Both the position numbers and the translations under genes were made by a program. Below, piece after piece: positions 20,966-32,500 of a stretch of 64,000 nt of DNA (position 1 is the first letter of the stretch; each line of letters starts with the position of its first letter). The DNA is from Torpedo marmorata (Eukaryota), in the NCBI GenBank assembly GCA_977017645.1, contig OZ360226.1:146754001-146818000 (forward strand). Reading direction: 5' to 3'. The notes beneath the pieces were generated by a model that saw nothing but the letters and a program-made list of their open reading frames with translations, ran no database searches and was not told the origin of the DNA.

Positions 20966-21596
20966 GTTGAAAAGTTGCTCCCAAGGAATGGCAAGTAGTT
21001 TGCATTTTCCAGGGTATCACCTTGAATCTTTATTGTCAGAGAGCAGTGAGATGCTTGATGGAGAACCTTTTGCCTGTGGATGTTGAGAGCAAGCAGGGCC
21101 GGTGCCAGACTATTTTGCGCCCAAGGCAAGGCCAACTACTTGCACCCACTAAAAAAAATTTGCCAACTTCGATTTTGAAAAACAGATGCTTTGTAGAAAA
21201 AATGAAAAGCACAAAACTTGAAGCTGCTAAATTTATTTTAAATTGCAAGAATAAGTAATACATCAATCTTTGATTATCTTTCTCAAATACAAAAGAAAAT
21301 ATTTTGGCACACAAATCATTTTGAACTAAAGGGCACTCGGTAGAATACCCTTTATCCAACACATTATCTCCCGGAATTTCTGGCACTTACTACAGGATCC
21401 CACCACCAGACACATTTTTCCTTCTCCTCCCCTCTCGACTTTCCGCAGGGACCGCTCCCTCCGCGATTCCCTCGTGCACTCATCCCTCACCACCCATCGC
21501 ACCCCCGGCACCTTCCCCTGTGCCTGCAGGAGGTGCAACACTTGAGCCCACACCTCCCCCCTCACCACAGTCCGGGGCCCCAAACAGGCCTTTCAA

Positions 21597-21920
21597 GTGA
21601 AGCAACACTTCACTTGTACATCCAGAGAACTTATTTACTGCATCCGATGCTCCCTTTGTGGCATTCTCTACATCGGAGAGACGGATCGTAGATTGGGAGA
21701 TCGCTTCGCTGAGCACCTCTTCTCCGTCCGCAACAACAGCGACCTCCCAGTAGCCAACCATTTCAATTCTGAGTCACACTCCCACACTCACATGTCTGTC
21801 CATGGCCTTATGTACTATCCCACCCAGACTACCCGCAAATTGGAGGAACAACATCTTTTATTCCGTCTGGGCACTTTCCAGCCAGATGGCATTAACATTG
21901 ACTTTTCTGCTTTCCACTAA
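21597..21920 (+). CDS. Penelope GIY-YIG endonuclease domain (fragment)
   Basis: FTCTSRELIYCIRCSLCGILYIGETDRRLGDRFAEHL...VANHF...EQHLLFRLGTFQPDGIN. Confidence 0.85.
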   Translation: MKQHFTCTSRELIYCIRCSLCGILYIGETDRRLGDRFAEHLFSVRNNSDLPVANHFNSESHSHTHMSVHGLMYYPTQTTRKLEEQHLLFRLGTFQPDGINIDFSAFH

Positions 21921-21955
21921 ACCTGCTTGTCGTTTCCTTCCCCTCCCCCCCCCCC

Positions 21956-22833
21956 TGTTATGGACCATGACTGACCATTTGGACTGCGGACGGTCAGCAG
22001 GAAGAATGAAGTCTTTTGGAGTACACACTGGGACCAAGTACTGAAATAGTTAACTTGCCCAGGACTTGGTGTACCCAGAGAGAGAGAGAGAGAGAGAGAC
22101 AGGCTGTGGAAAATATACTTTGTTGCACTTTTGCAAAAGCAGGTGCAGACCTCTGCAAAAAGCAGGCAGTTTGGAGTTGCAAAGGCTAGAGAACACAGCA
22201 AAATCCAGGCTTGTGCATCCCAGAGGAAAAGGCTGGAAGGATAGCACATGGCCTCCTGTCTCAGAGAAATCCTGAGTTAAAGCAACTTTTGTGGAGAACA
22301 GGCGTGAGATCAGCGAGACCAGCTGTGAGATCCAAGCACACGCCTCAATCAGTGGTATACTGATTTGGAGTCGCAATCCTCGTGAATCTCTACCAAAAGG
22401 GAAAGTCATCAGAGAAGAAAAACAAGCCAAGTATTCGTAAGCATAAACAGTCATTGTCTCTCTCCAACGTTCATTGAGAAGTCCTTCTACCAGCACACAG
22501 AGCTGAATTTGGAACCTGAACTTAGAGAGTGAATTTTTTTTTGTGGACTATTTTTATTTTTTTTGGACTGACTTGTTTTTATGACTGACCTGGGGTTTTT
22601 GGGGAAAGTTTTTGCATTTTTACATGAGGGTTGGGCACAGACTGTAATGGTCTGGGCTTTATACACACACACACACACACACACACCTTTTAGATAAGAA
22701 TAGTGTTTATAGATGTTTATAGTGGGGTTAATTGTTGTGAAATTATATGTTTAATTGACTTTAATAAATATAAATTTCAATTTTACCCCTTTTGCATTGC
22801 GTCTTCTGTCGTTGCTGGTTTGATTTTGTAACA
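21956..22833 (+). repeat. Solo LTR, copy B (878 bp)
   Basis: TGTTA...TAACA termini, AATAAA near 22763, inserted in a C-run (CCCCC on both sides); internal (GA)n and (CA)n. Confidence 0.85.
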
Positions 22834-23690
22834 CCCCCCTTACCTGTCCTTCCAGTTTTTTCCACCCACCGAGCCATCCCTCCTCTCCCTCTTTGCTGCT
22901 GTCCCCTCCCTACTTTCTCCACTTATCATCTCCTGCCTTTGCCACCCCCCCCTTCCCCCCTCACTCTTTTGTTCGGACGCCTGCCAGCATTTTCTCATAC
23001 TTTGATGAAGGGTTCAAGCCTGAAGTGTCAGTTATGTATTTCTACCTTTGCTACATAAAAGACACTGTTTGACCTGCTGAGATTCTCCAGCATTTGTGTT
23101 TTTTACGGTAGAATGCATACCTCCGTCAAGGGCAACACAACATTAAAACCTTTTACTTCACACACCTTTAAATCTATATACCTTCCAGTGTCCATTTTTT
23201 CCCACAAGAATGATGCAGTATGAAAATGCCCCTTTTGGCCCATCAAGTTTGCTCTGACTTTCCCGTAACCATTTTTACAAATCTATGCTATTCCCTTTTT
23301 TTATTTTCCCACATTTCTATCATTTCCCCCTCAGATTCTACAACTCACTTACACACTACAGCAATGGCCAGTAATCTACCTGCCCACATCTTTGAGATTC
23401 GAGAGGAAATTGAAGCATCCAGAGGAAGCTCCCATGGTCACAGGGAGAATGGCAAACTGCACACAGACAGTGGCAGAGTTCAGGGCAGAAGCCAGATCGC
23501 TGGAGTTGTGAGGTAGTAGCTCTATTACCGGTAACTGCACCACTGTGAGATAGCATCAACTATAGCAATAATAAAGTTGATTACATGTCTCTTTAAGAAC
23601 TGCCTGGAAGGATAGTATCTCCATATTACACAACAGCAACTGTGAGAATTTGCAATACATTGATAGAGAACCCTGAGCAAAATGTAACTA

Positions 23691-25573
23691 CCGTATATTT
23701 CGGCGTATAAGTCGACTCGCAGATAAGTCGACCCCCCCTTTTTCAGCCTCAATGGTTTTATTGTATATCCGGCGTATAAGTCGACCCCCAAAAAATCGAG
23801 ATGCTGAGCGTTGACTGGCGTATAAGTCGACCCCCAAAAATCGCGATGATTGAGCTGCTGGGCATTGACCAGCGTATAGGTCAACCCACAACGATCGCGA
23901 TGATTGAGCTGCTGGGCGTTGGCTGGAGGTGATTGTTATCATGGAGGCTCAATTGAAACGACGAAAGTATGAGGCGAGTTTTAAATTAAAAGTGATAGAA
24001 ATGGCCAAGAAAACCAACAACTGTGCTGCTGTTAGAAAATTTGATATATATGAGAAGTTGGTAAGAGATTGGAGGAAGAAAGAGATACTTTAAGAAAAAT
24101 ACCAAAAAGGCAATGTTCGATGAGAAGAGGAATCATTCGTTGGCCAGAGTTGGAAAATCATGTTGCAGCATGGGTACGTGAACAGAGGCAAGATTGCTAC
24201 ATAGTCACCCGAAATAAAATAAGAACATTTGCACTGAAGTGGGCAAAGTCGCACCCAGAACTCAGTAATGATTTTGAAACTACAGTAGGCTGGTGCAACC
24301 GTTTCATGAACAGGAAAAATCTGGTATTACGACAAAAAACAAAAATTGCTCAGAAACTACCAAAAGATCTTGATCATAAAGTTATAAGTTTTCACCAGTT
24401 TATTTTACGTAACTGGCAGAAACACAATTTTGCATTGGCAAATATTGGAAACATGGACGAAACCCCCATGAATTTTGACATGATAGGCAATAGAACAGTG
24501 GAATGTAAAGGTGTGAAAACTGTCCAAACCATGAGTACAGGCCATGAAAGGACCAGGTTTACCGTGGTGTTATCGTGCATGGCCAACGGGACAAAGTTAA
24601 GACCCATGGTAATCTTCAAACGTAAATTTAAACCTAAAATAAAATTCCCTGCGGGTATTTTTGTACATTTTCATGAAAAAGGATGGATGGATGAAAATGG
24701 TGTAAAACTATGGATGGACAATGTGTGGAACAGGCGACCAGGCGGTTTACGCAAGGAACGGAGTTTGCTGGTCTGGGATATGTTTCGTAGCCACTTAACT
24801 GAGAACACTAAAAGTAGATTAGCACAACATAATACTTACGTGGCGGTTATCCCGGGTGGTTTGACGTCTATATTGCAACCTCTCGATGTCTGCTTGAACA
24901 AGCCATTCAAAGACCATGTGCGTGAAGAGTGGAATACATGGATGTCGAGTGCAGAAAATCATTTACAAAAGGCGGGGCAATGCGTGCTGCATCGCTTGAT
25001 GTGCTGTGTTACTTCATGCTCAAGGCATGGGACAAAGTGAAAGTAGAGACTATAATAAAATTGTTTAAAAAGTGCGGTATCTCTTGTGCAATTGATGGTA
25101 CGGAAGATGATTTATTATGGGACACTGACGACGAAGCTGAAGCCGCCTCATCAGATACAGACTGCGACCCGTACGATGACTGTTTAAACAGTGAGACCCC
25201 GGATGTGCTTGCCAAGATCTTTGCCTCAGACGATGATAGCGAATGTGATTTTGAAGGGTTCTAAATGTCTTGTTGTTTTCAATAAAAATGTCAATGAAAA
25301 TTTGTTGCAGTCGGATTTTTTTTGGTTTGTCAAGGGTCGACTTATACGCCGAATCGGGTTTTCAAGGGTCGACTTATGCGCCAAATCGGGTTTTCAAGGG
25401 CCGACTTATACGCCGAATCGGGTTTTCAAGGGTCGACATACGCCGAATCGGCGTGGACTGGTTTTTGAGCTGATTTTAAGGTCTAAAAAGTATATCCGGC
25501 GTATAAGTCGACCCCCGTTTTTTGAGAGATTTTTGAGGGTTTCAAGACTCGACTTATACGCCGAAATATACAG
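23691..25573 (+). mobile_element. pogo-family (DD35D, POGK/Passer-like) DNA transposon, full length
   Basis: TIR CCGTATATTTCGGCGTATAAGTCGA and its complement; TA on both sides; repeated subterminal GCGTATAAGTCGAC motifs. Confidence 0.95.
23941..25264 (+). pseudogene. pogo transposase (Brinker-type DBD, CENP-B HTH, DDE_1), two frameshifts
   Basis: MEAQLKRRKYEASFKLKVI...VRDWRK; GWCNRFMNR; NMDET, VWDMF and QPLDV with 35 residues between the 2nd and 3rd D; frameshifts near 24080 and 24957. Confidence 0.92.
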
Positions 25574-25759
25574 TATATAATTTCAGCATGGCTTTACACA
25601 CGGAAATTCAAGAGTGCTTTTCTGTTAGTCTGCCTTTTGAAGTTCTCATGTTTTATGAAACTTTGACAACTTGGATAAACAAAATCATTAATATAACGAC
25701 AAAAAATTCTGCTATTAGAAACCAGCTTGTACCTGTCCTGAGCTATCCTTAACGAGATA

Positions 25760-26175
25760 CAGGGCTGGACGGGAGCTCCGGTGTAGGCCGAGTGGAGGGT
25801 TCGGAGTCGGGACTTGAGCGTCGGGAGCTCCGGTGTAGGCTGAGGTGAGGGTCCGGAGCTCCCGACGCCCGACTCCGAAGGCCAAACCCTCCCCTCAGCA
25901 GTCGGCCTATTGGCGCACACCGGAGCTCCCGACGCCGACTCCGAACCCTCCCCTCGGCCTACCTGAACTGTGGGGCACAATTTGCAAATCAATTCAGTTT
26001 TTAAAATAAAACAAACATTTTACTCACATTTTACTCCCCCTGCACCCCCCCCCCCCTCCAGCCACGCCACTGATGCAGAGGTGACAGAGCTGTTGGAATC
26101 TCTCTTCAACACCGCCCCTCTGAGGTCTGTGCCCCAGGCGGCTGCCTAGTTGGCCTAATGGTAGCGCCGGCCCTG
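25760..26175. mobile_element. GC-rich hAT-like non-autonomous remnant with internal inverted repeats
   Basis: Ends GGCCTAATGGTAGCGCCGGCCCTG (CAGGG-type terminus) and starts CAGGGCTGG; no 8-bp TSD found. Confidence 0.4.
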
Positions 26176-26289
26176 AGAGTAAGGCCCATCCTCTTGTGTG
26201 CTTCAATGAAAATATCAGTGGTGGCTTGGAGCTTGACCTTTGAACGTGAGCAAACATAATCATCATCTGTTCACTGCTGCTCAACTACA

Positions 26290-26530
26290 GAGGTTTAGGA
26301 ATTTGGTCTCGGAGTGTGATTGCTGAAGGTTGAGCTGCCTCCATTAGTTCTGAAGATTAGCTGCACTCCTGCAGGATATCCTTTGGATGTGAGATTCAAC
26401 ATTGCAGCAAGCAAGATTGAGAAAAATGAGGCCATAATGCAGCCTTGATTGACACTAGTCTTTACCAAGAATGGGACTGTTATTGACCTATTATGTAATG
26501 TCACACTTGCCTGACAAGAAGCAGCAAGCA
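26290..26530 (-). mobile_element. RTE-type RT remnant
   Basis: VKTSVNQGCIMASFFSILLAAML...GVQLIFRTNG. Confidence 0.55.
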
Positions 26531-27594
26531 TAAGGTCGAGATAAATTTTTAAACTTTCAGTCATTATCATTCCACGCAATTCCATCTTAGATCATAAGTT
26601 GTATTAATTTGCATAGGATGTACTGCCATTCTTTTATCACCAAATTGCATGACTGCAGCTCCTGGTCATCTGCATGCAGTGTGCATTTAAACCACTTGTT
26701 AGAAATGATAAATTAAGCTCAGGGTAATTGCAGGCTTTATTTAACAGGCAAAGAATGGAATGTGACCTTCAAATAATGAAAAAAAAATAAAATATGTTCC
26801 CAGCACCAGTCCATTACTATTTTCTACAGGACCCTTGAACACAAAAGAAAAATAATAATTGAAATTTCTTCCATCAAAAAGGATTTTTTTTAAAAAATCG
26901 CAAATACATTATCATCTAAACACTTTGGCTTTTTCAAACAGGCCACCAACTGATTTAACCCCATAGCAGAAGCAGACACTAATTGAAATGTACAGATGAA
27001 AAGCTTTATCACTGGAAAGAAAGCTTTGCAATTATATTGTCCTTTTTAGTTGTTGTTGTACATGAGAAATAATCCAGCGAGTTCCCAAAATAGCAATTGC
27101 ATAAATGACCACAGAATAAAATTTAATGAATTTTAACTTGGTATATAATTTGACAAGGATATCTCCATGTTCCATGGGATTGTTAAAGTCCATCTGGTAG
27201 AGAAGGCTTTGCCAATGGGATGCAGCATTTTAAATCCTGCAGCTGTGTCAATTTAAATTATTTGCTGAAATCATTGGAACAAACACAAATCTTCACTCAG
27301 GGAAGTTCTACTCCTAAGCTGTGATTGACATCTATAAATAACATGTACCCTTGTGTATTTACTTGTACTTTTTACGGATCTTTCATTTTTAGAAAATGGG
27401 ACTCTTTAGAAGGGCAACTTGACTCTGTGTTATAATAATGATTAAACTCCCTCAGGGTTAACCAGTCTTGAAGAACTGTCCATGTAGATTCTGATAAATA
27501 AAAGACCAAGCATAGTTTCTCAGGGGAAAGTATTTTTCCAATAAAATGTCTTCCAGTATTGAAGTGTTTATTTCATTCAATGAGTTTTTAAAAA

Positions 27595-27841
27595 ATAATT
27601 TAGACATACAGCACGGTAACAGGCCATTTCGGCCCACAAGTTCATGCCGCCCAATTTACACCCAATTAACCTACACCCCCAGTATGTTTTGAGTGGTGGG
27701 AGGAAACCGGAGACCACGGGAGAAACCCACGCAGACACGGAGAACGTATACTCCTTACAGACAGCGCGGGATTCGAACCCAAGTCCCGATCGCTGGCGCT
27801 GTAAAGATGTTGCGCTAACCACTACGCTAACTGTGCCGCCC
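27595..27841 (-). mobile_element. tRNA-derived V-domain SINE (HE1-like)
   Basis: A-box TAGCGTAGTGG, B-box GGTTCGAATCC, V-domain-like GTTCTCCGTGTCTGCGTGGGTTTC, CR1-like 3' tail GGCCTGTTACCGTGCTGT. Confidence 0.85.
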
Positions 27842-27959
27842 TAGTAAGTAGGATAAAGTATTTGGCTCACACCAAAAATTACCAATTCAATTTCCCACAT
27901 TGTACTTGATTTGTATCTTTTCCCACTCTTGTCTTTATATTACGTTTGTTAAATGGTTG

Positions 27960-28480
27960 AGAACACAAAGACATTCAAGAAAGTGTACCAGCGCCTCTAA
28001 GATGCATGAGGAAATATGGCATGTCACCAGCATCTGTCAACAATTTCTACAGGTACAATATTAAATGCATACTGATAGATGCATCACTTGCAAGGTACAT
28101 GAACTACTCTCCTCAAGATCGTAAGAAACTGCAGGCGGTAGTGACACCATCTATAACTCGTTGGAAATGCAGGCAAAGTATTAAAAAAAACTTATCCAAC
28201 CCTGGCCATGCTTTCTTCACCCCCTCCCATTAGGAAGGAAATTCACAAGTATGAGATCATGTTCCTCTAGATTCAAGGACTATTTATTTCCTGCTGTTAT
28301 CAGACTCCTGAATGAACCTCAAAATAGTAAAATTACATTGTCTTTGGTCTGTATCAACTGATCTCTCTTTATCACTGCACTTTTGTCATGTGTCTTGCTT
28401 ATTGTATTATGCAAGAGATGTCTACTGCAATACAACCTCTATATCTGCATCTTGGTACATTTGACAATAAACCTGAACTT
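27960..28480 (+). mobile_element. Rex1/Babar LINE 3' remnant
   Basis: MRKYGMSPASVNNFYRYNIKCIL...QDRKKLQAVV...PGHAFF; ends AATAAACCTGAACTTGA. Confidence 0.65.
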
Positions 28481-29277
28481 GATCTCAAACAATATCGAGT
28501 TGTGGTGCTGAAGGTGATGGAAGAGTGCTCAGGATGAAGATGAGTAAGTTGATGTTTCAGTTGAGTGGGTTAGCTCAAACTGAACTTTTAAACTCCATCT
28601 TAATGAGAAAAATGGCACACCTTCATACAATGTTAAATCATTAGACTCAAATGCACCTCTGAGTCTTGTACATCTATGTTTGCCTCCAATGCAAAGTGAA
28701 TATAAACCAAAAAAATCAGGGCTCCAGCAATAGCCAATCGCCAAGGGTACTTCTCCATCTCTTTGCCCCACACTCCTCCTGAAAGATGCTCTTTGTTCAA
28801 ATTTTTGGTCATCTCCCCAACCAGAAGTGGCAATAATTGAACAACTTCTGATGTGCCCAGATAACCAATCCTGAAAAATCTGCCTTAAACAATCAGACAT
28901 TGAGTCGCAGGAAGAAGTTGTGTACCGACGACTTGCTTTCCTGTCAAAACCATCCTTACTGCTATTATTTCAGTAATGTTGTGGTGCGGGAAAGGACTTA
29001 ATTTGCTAGCCTTCAACTCAACCATGGTAAAATCCAAAAGGTAGATTAAAATTGTTTTCAAAGAAGATTTTTATCTTGAGGAGAGGATGAAAATGAATCG
29101 ATGATCAATTCAAGTCACGCTGTCTTTGTCGAACACCTGAAAAATAGTTAAATTTGTTCTCTCTTGGTCTGATACAGTGATAGATCATGAGGAAGAGAAG
29201 AAAATATATTTAGATTTTTTTGCTGTAATGAAAGATGGAAGATATGAGCTTAAAGTTGGATTACAATTGTGCCTGGC

Positions 29278-29501
29278 TGTGGTGGAACGCGGTACTGCGG
29301 GCATGTCCTCACTGGCTCACTGGGCTAACCTGTAGCCCCTCCCCATCACATTCCCTAATAAAGGCTGAGAGCCCTAGTCTCCTCCCCTATACCTGCCTTG
29401 GACGTGAGCCAGCAGCATGTAGAGGCATGCTCGAACTTTCAGGTTAATAAAGCATTTGATCACTTTCTTCGTGTCTGTGAGTGGTCATTGATCGCGCTAC
29501 A
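29278..29501 (+). repeat. 5' LTR of the Gypsy at 29278-39079
   Basis: TGTGG...CTACA; repeated at 38886 with indels. Confidence 0.93.
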
Positions 29502-29528
29502 ATTTATTAATCCGAATTTTAAAGTGCC

Positions 29529-32500
29529 ATGGAGAAGGCAATCAGACTGGAGAAGCTGGAGATCGATCCGAAGGAACCAGAGGCCTCCGTAAAGTTCGAT
29601 ATATGGCTACACTGCTTGAAGGCCTACCTGAGGCGCCACAACATCACAACCAATCCTGATAAGTACGATCTGCTCTTCGCAGCGGTGGGCCACCGAGCGT
29701 ACCAAATAATTCGAGACTGTACTGAATACGAAGGGGCAATGGCCCTACTCAGACAGCAATATGGAGCCCCGATGAACGCCATGTATGCGCGCTTCCAGCT
29801 GGGCTCCCGACGCCAGGGCCCCGGTGAGTCGGTAGACGAGTTCGTGAGGGCCATGCGGGAGCTGGGACGTGAATGCGGCGCTCTACCAGGAGGAGCTCCC
29901 AGCACATAAGGGAACGACTCCTGGAGGAAAGAGATCGGTCCCTATAGGTAGTGGTGCAGATGGCCCGAGCGATGGAGACAACCCAAAAGAATACGGAGGC
30001 CAACTAAGTGGGCCATGCGGCCACCAGGTGGGGAGAACGGGCGGCGCCATCTTGGGACTCGGGGCCCCTGACTGCAGCTGCCACCGCTGACCACATGAGG
30101 TGCAACTACTGCGGCCAAAGTAAACACCCGCGGAAGTACTGTCCGGCCCGTAGTGCGACCTGCTCAAACTGCCAGAGGAAAGGACACTATGGCAGGGTAT
30201 GTCGCTCCAAGCCCCACTCCAGCAGTGCCGCATGCGGACCGTGACTCTCGTCGCCATCTTGAGCCCACCCACTTCCGCCGTCATTTCCGGTTACCGAGAA
30301 CCGAACTTCCGGACCAGGGGCGCAGTGACAAGGACTGATGTCACTTCTTGCTTCTTCTGCTTGAGATCCATGGGGGCGGCCATCTTCACGATCTTCCGGG
30401 CGGCCATCTTGGCGGCAGCCGATCCGACATAGCAGCAGCGACTCGGACAGTGAGCTGACGCTGGCGTCCATCGTGCTGGACCAAGGTAGACCACAACAGC
30501 TGGGGCGATCGATGATGGACGTTGAGGTAAACGGTCACTCCACTGGCTGCCTGTTCGACACGGGAAGCACTGAGAGCTTCATACACCCAGGCACGGCCGA
30601 GCGTTATTCCCTGACTGTATCCCCAGCCAAAGGAAAGGTAGCACTCGCCTCCAAATCCCTCTTTGCGGAAATCTGCGGAAGCTGTACCGTAACCCTAACC
30701 GTGAGGGGCACGAATTATAAGAGCTTTAAACTGCTGGTAATGCCCCATCTCTGTGCACCCGTCATATTGGGGCTAGATTTCCAGTGCCAGTTTAAAGGAG
30801 TGCTGATGCAGTTTGACGGGCCCCACCCCCCACTCACCGTCAATAATAACCAGAAAATTCACTAAAATGGAGGTGGAGCGGCTGCGGGTGGAGGGCATTA
30901 TAGAACTAAGTAATAGTCCCTGGAGGGCGCAAATAGTGGTGGTGAAGAGTGGGGAGAAACATCGGATGGTCATTGATTACAGTCAGACCATCAACCGGTT
31001 CACCTTACTGGATGCCTACCCTTTGCCCCCCCATTCCCCAGAGCAGACCCAATCACACGATTGAAAGCCGGGCTGGCCAATCGACCTGCGGACTAACCAC
31101 CCTCCGGGTCCCTCCGCCCCCACTGTTCCAAAACCTCACCCCGGACTGTAAACCAATTGCCAATAAGAGCAGGCGATACAGCCCCGGGGACAGAAAATTC
31201 ACTAAAATGGAGGTGGAGCGGCTGCGGGAGGAGGGCATTATAGAACCAAGTAATAGTCCCTGGAGGGCGCAAATAGTGGTGGTGAAGAGTGGGGAGAAAC
31301 ATCGGATGGTCATTGATTACAGTCAGACCATCAACCGGTTCACCTTACTGGATGCCTACCCTTTGCCCCGCATATCGGATATGGTGAATGAGATCGCCAA
31401 GTATAGGGTCTTCTCTACCATACACCTAAAAACGGCGTACCACCAAATCCCGATTCGCCCAAAAGGCATTTGAGGCCAACGGCCGACTCTACCATTTCCT
31501 GCGGGTCCCATTCGGCCTTACGCATGGGGTGTCAATGTTCCAAAGGGAAATGGACCGCATGGTGGATGACAAACTAAAGGCGATGTTTCCATACCTGGAC
31601 AATGTCACCATCTGCGGCCATGACTAGAAGGAACATGACGAGAACCTGCAGAGGTTCCAGGCCACCGCAAAGGCACTCAATCTCACATACAATGTGAAAA
31701 AATGTGTCTTTAGCACCAAGAGGCTGGCAATCCTGGGGTACGAGGTGGAGCATGGGGCTATCGCCCCCAACCCCGAGCGCATACGCTCCCTTCTGGAATT
31801 ACCCCTACCACAGAACCCCAAGGCTTTAAAAAGGTGCCAGGGGCTCTTCTCCTATTATGCCCAGTGGATCCCTAACTATGCAGACAAGGCCCAAACTCTA
31901 GTGAAAACCACTACCTTTCCCCCATCGGCAGAGGCCCGTAAGGCCTTCGAGGGCATCAGAGGCGAGATTGCCAAGGCGGGAATGCACGCCGTTGATGAAT
32001 TCGTCTCCTTCCAAGTGGAAAGTGATGCCTCCGACTTCGCCCTGGCCGCCACACTGAACCAAGCAGGCAGGCCAGTGGCATTTTTTTCCTGCACTCTCCA
32101 AGGCCCCGAACGCAGACACTCCGCCATCGAAAAGGAAGCACATGCCATCGTGGAGGCACTACTTGGCCGGCAGACCATTCACCCTGCTGACGGACCAGAG
32201 AGCCATCGCTTTTATGTTTAACAATAAGCAGCGGGGTAAAATCAAAAATGACAAAATCATGAGGTGGAGAATTGAGCTGTCCACCTACAATTATGAAATA
32301 TGGTACCAGCTGGGTAAATTCAACGAGCCACCCGATGCCCTGTCCAGAGGAACCTGCGCCAGGGTGCAAGTTGATCGCCTCCAGGCCCTCCACGATAGCC
32401 TCTGCCACCCAGGGGCACTAGGCTCTACCATTTTGTGAGAGCGCGTAACCTCCCCTACTCAGTGGAGGAAGTCAGAAAGCTGACTCGCAATTACCTGGTC

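Larger units (their letters stand above)
21327..23105 (+). mobile_element. Penelope-like element 3' fragment, interrupted by solo LTR B
   Basis: GIY-YIG ORF, then a pyrimidine-rich terminal region that resumes after 22833. Confidence 0.8.

Noticed and set aside
20108-22833. Composite transposon or inversion bounded by long inverted repeats
   Set aside because: Copy B has its own TSD and interrupts a continuous Penelope; outer flanks do not match; each repeat has TG...CA LTR ends.
24069-25040. Domesticated POGK-like host gene
   Set aside because: Flanked by TIRs and TA duplications, frameshifted, no KRAB exon: a transposon copy.
25333-25450. Tandem repeats of about 30 bp (GGGTCGACTTATACGCCGAATCGGGTTTTCAA)
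   Set aside because: Subterminal repeats of the pogo element, also present in its MITE; treated as part of that feature.
27760-27841. tRNA-like sequence with A and B boxes
   Set aside because: Head of a SINE, continuing into a V-domain and CR1-like tail; not a tRNA gene.
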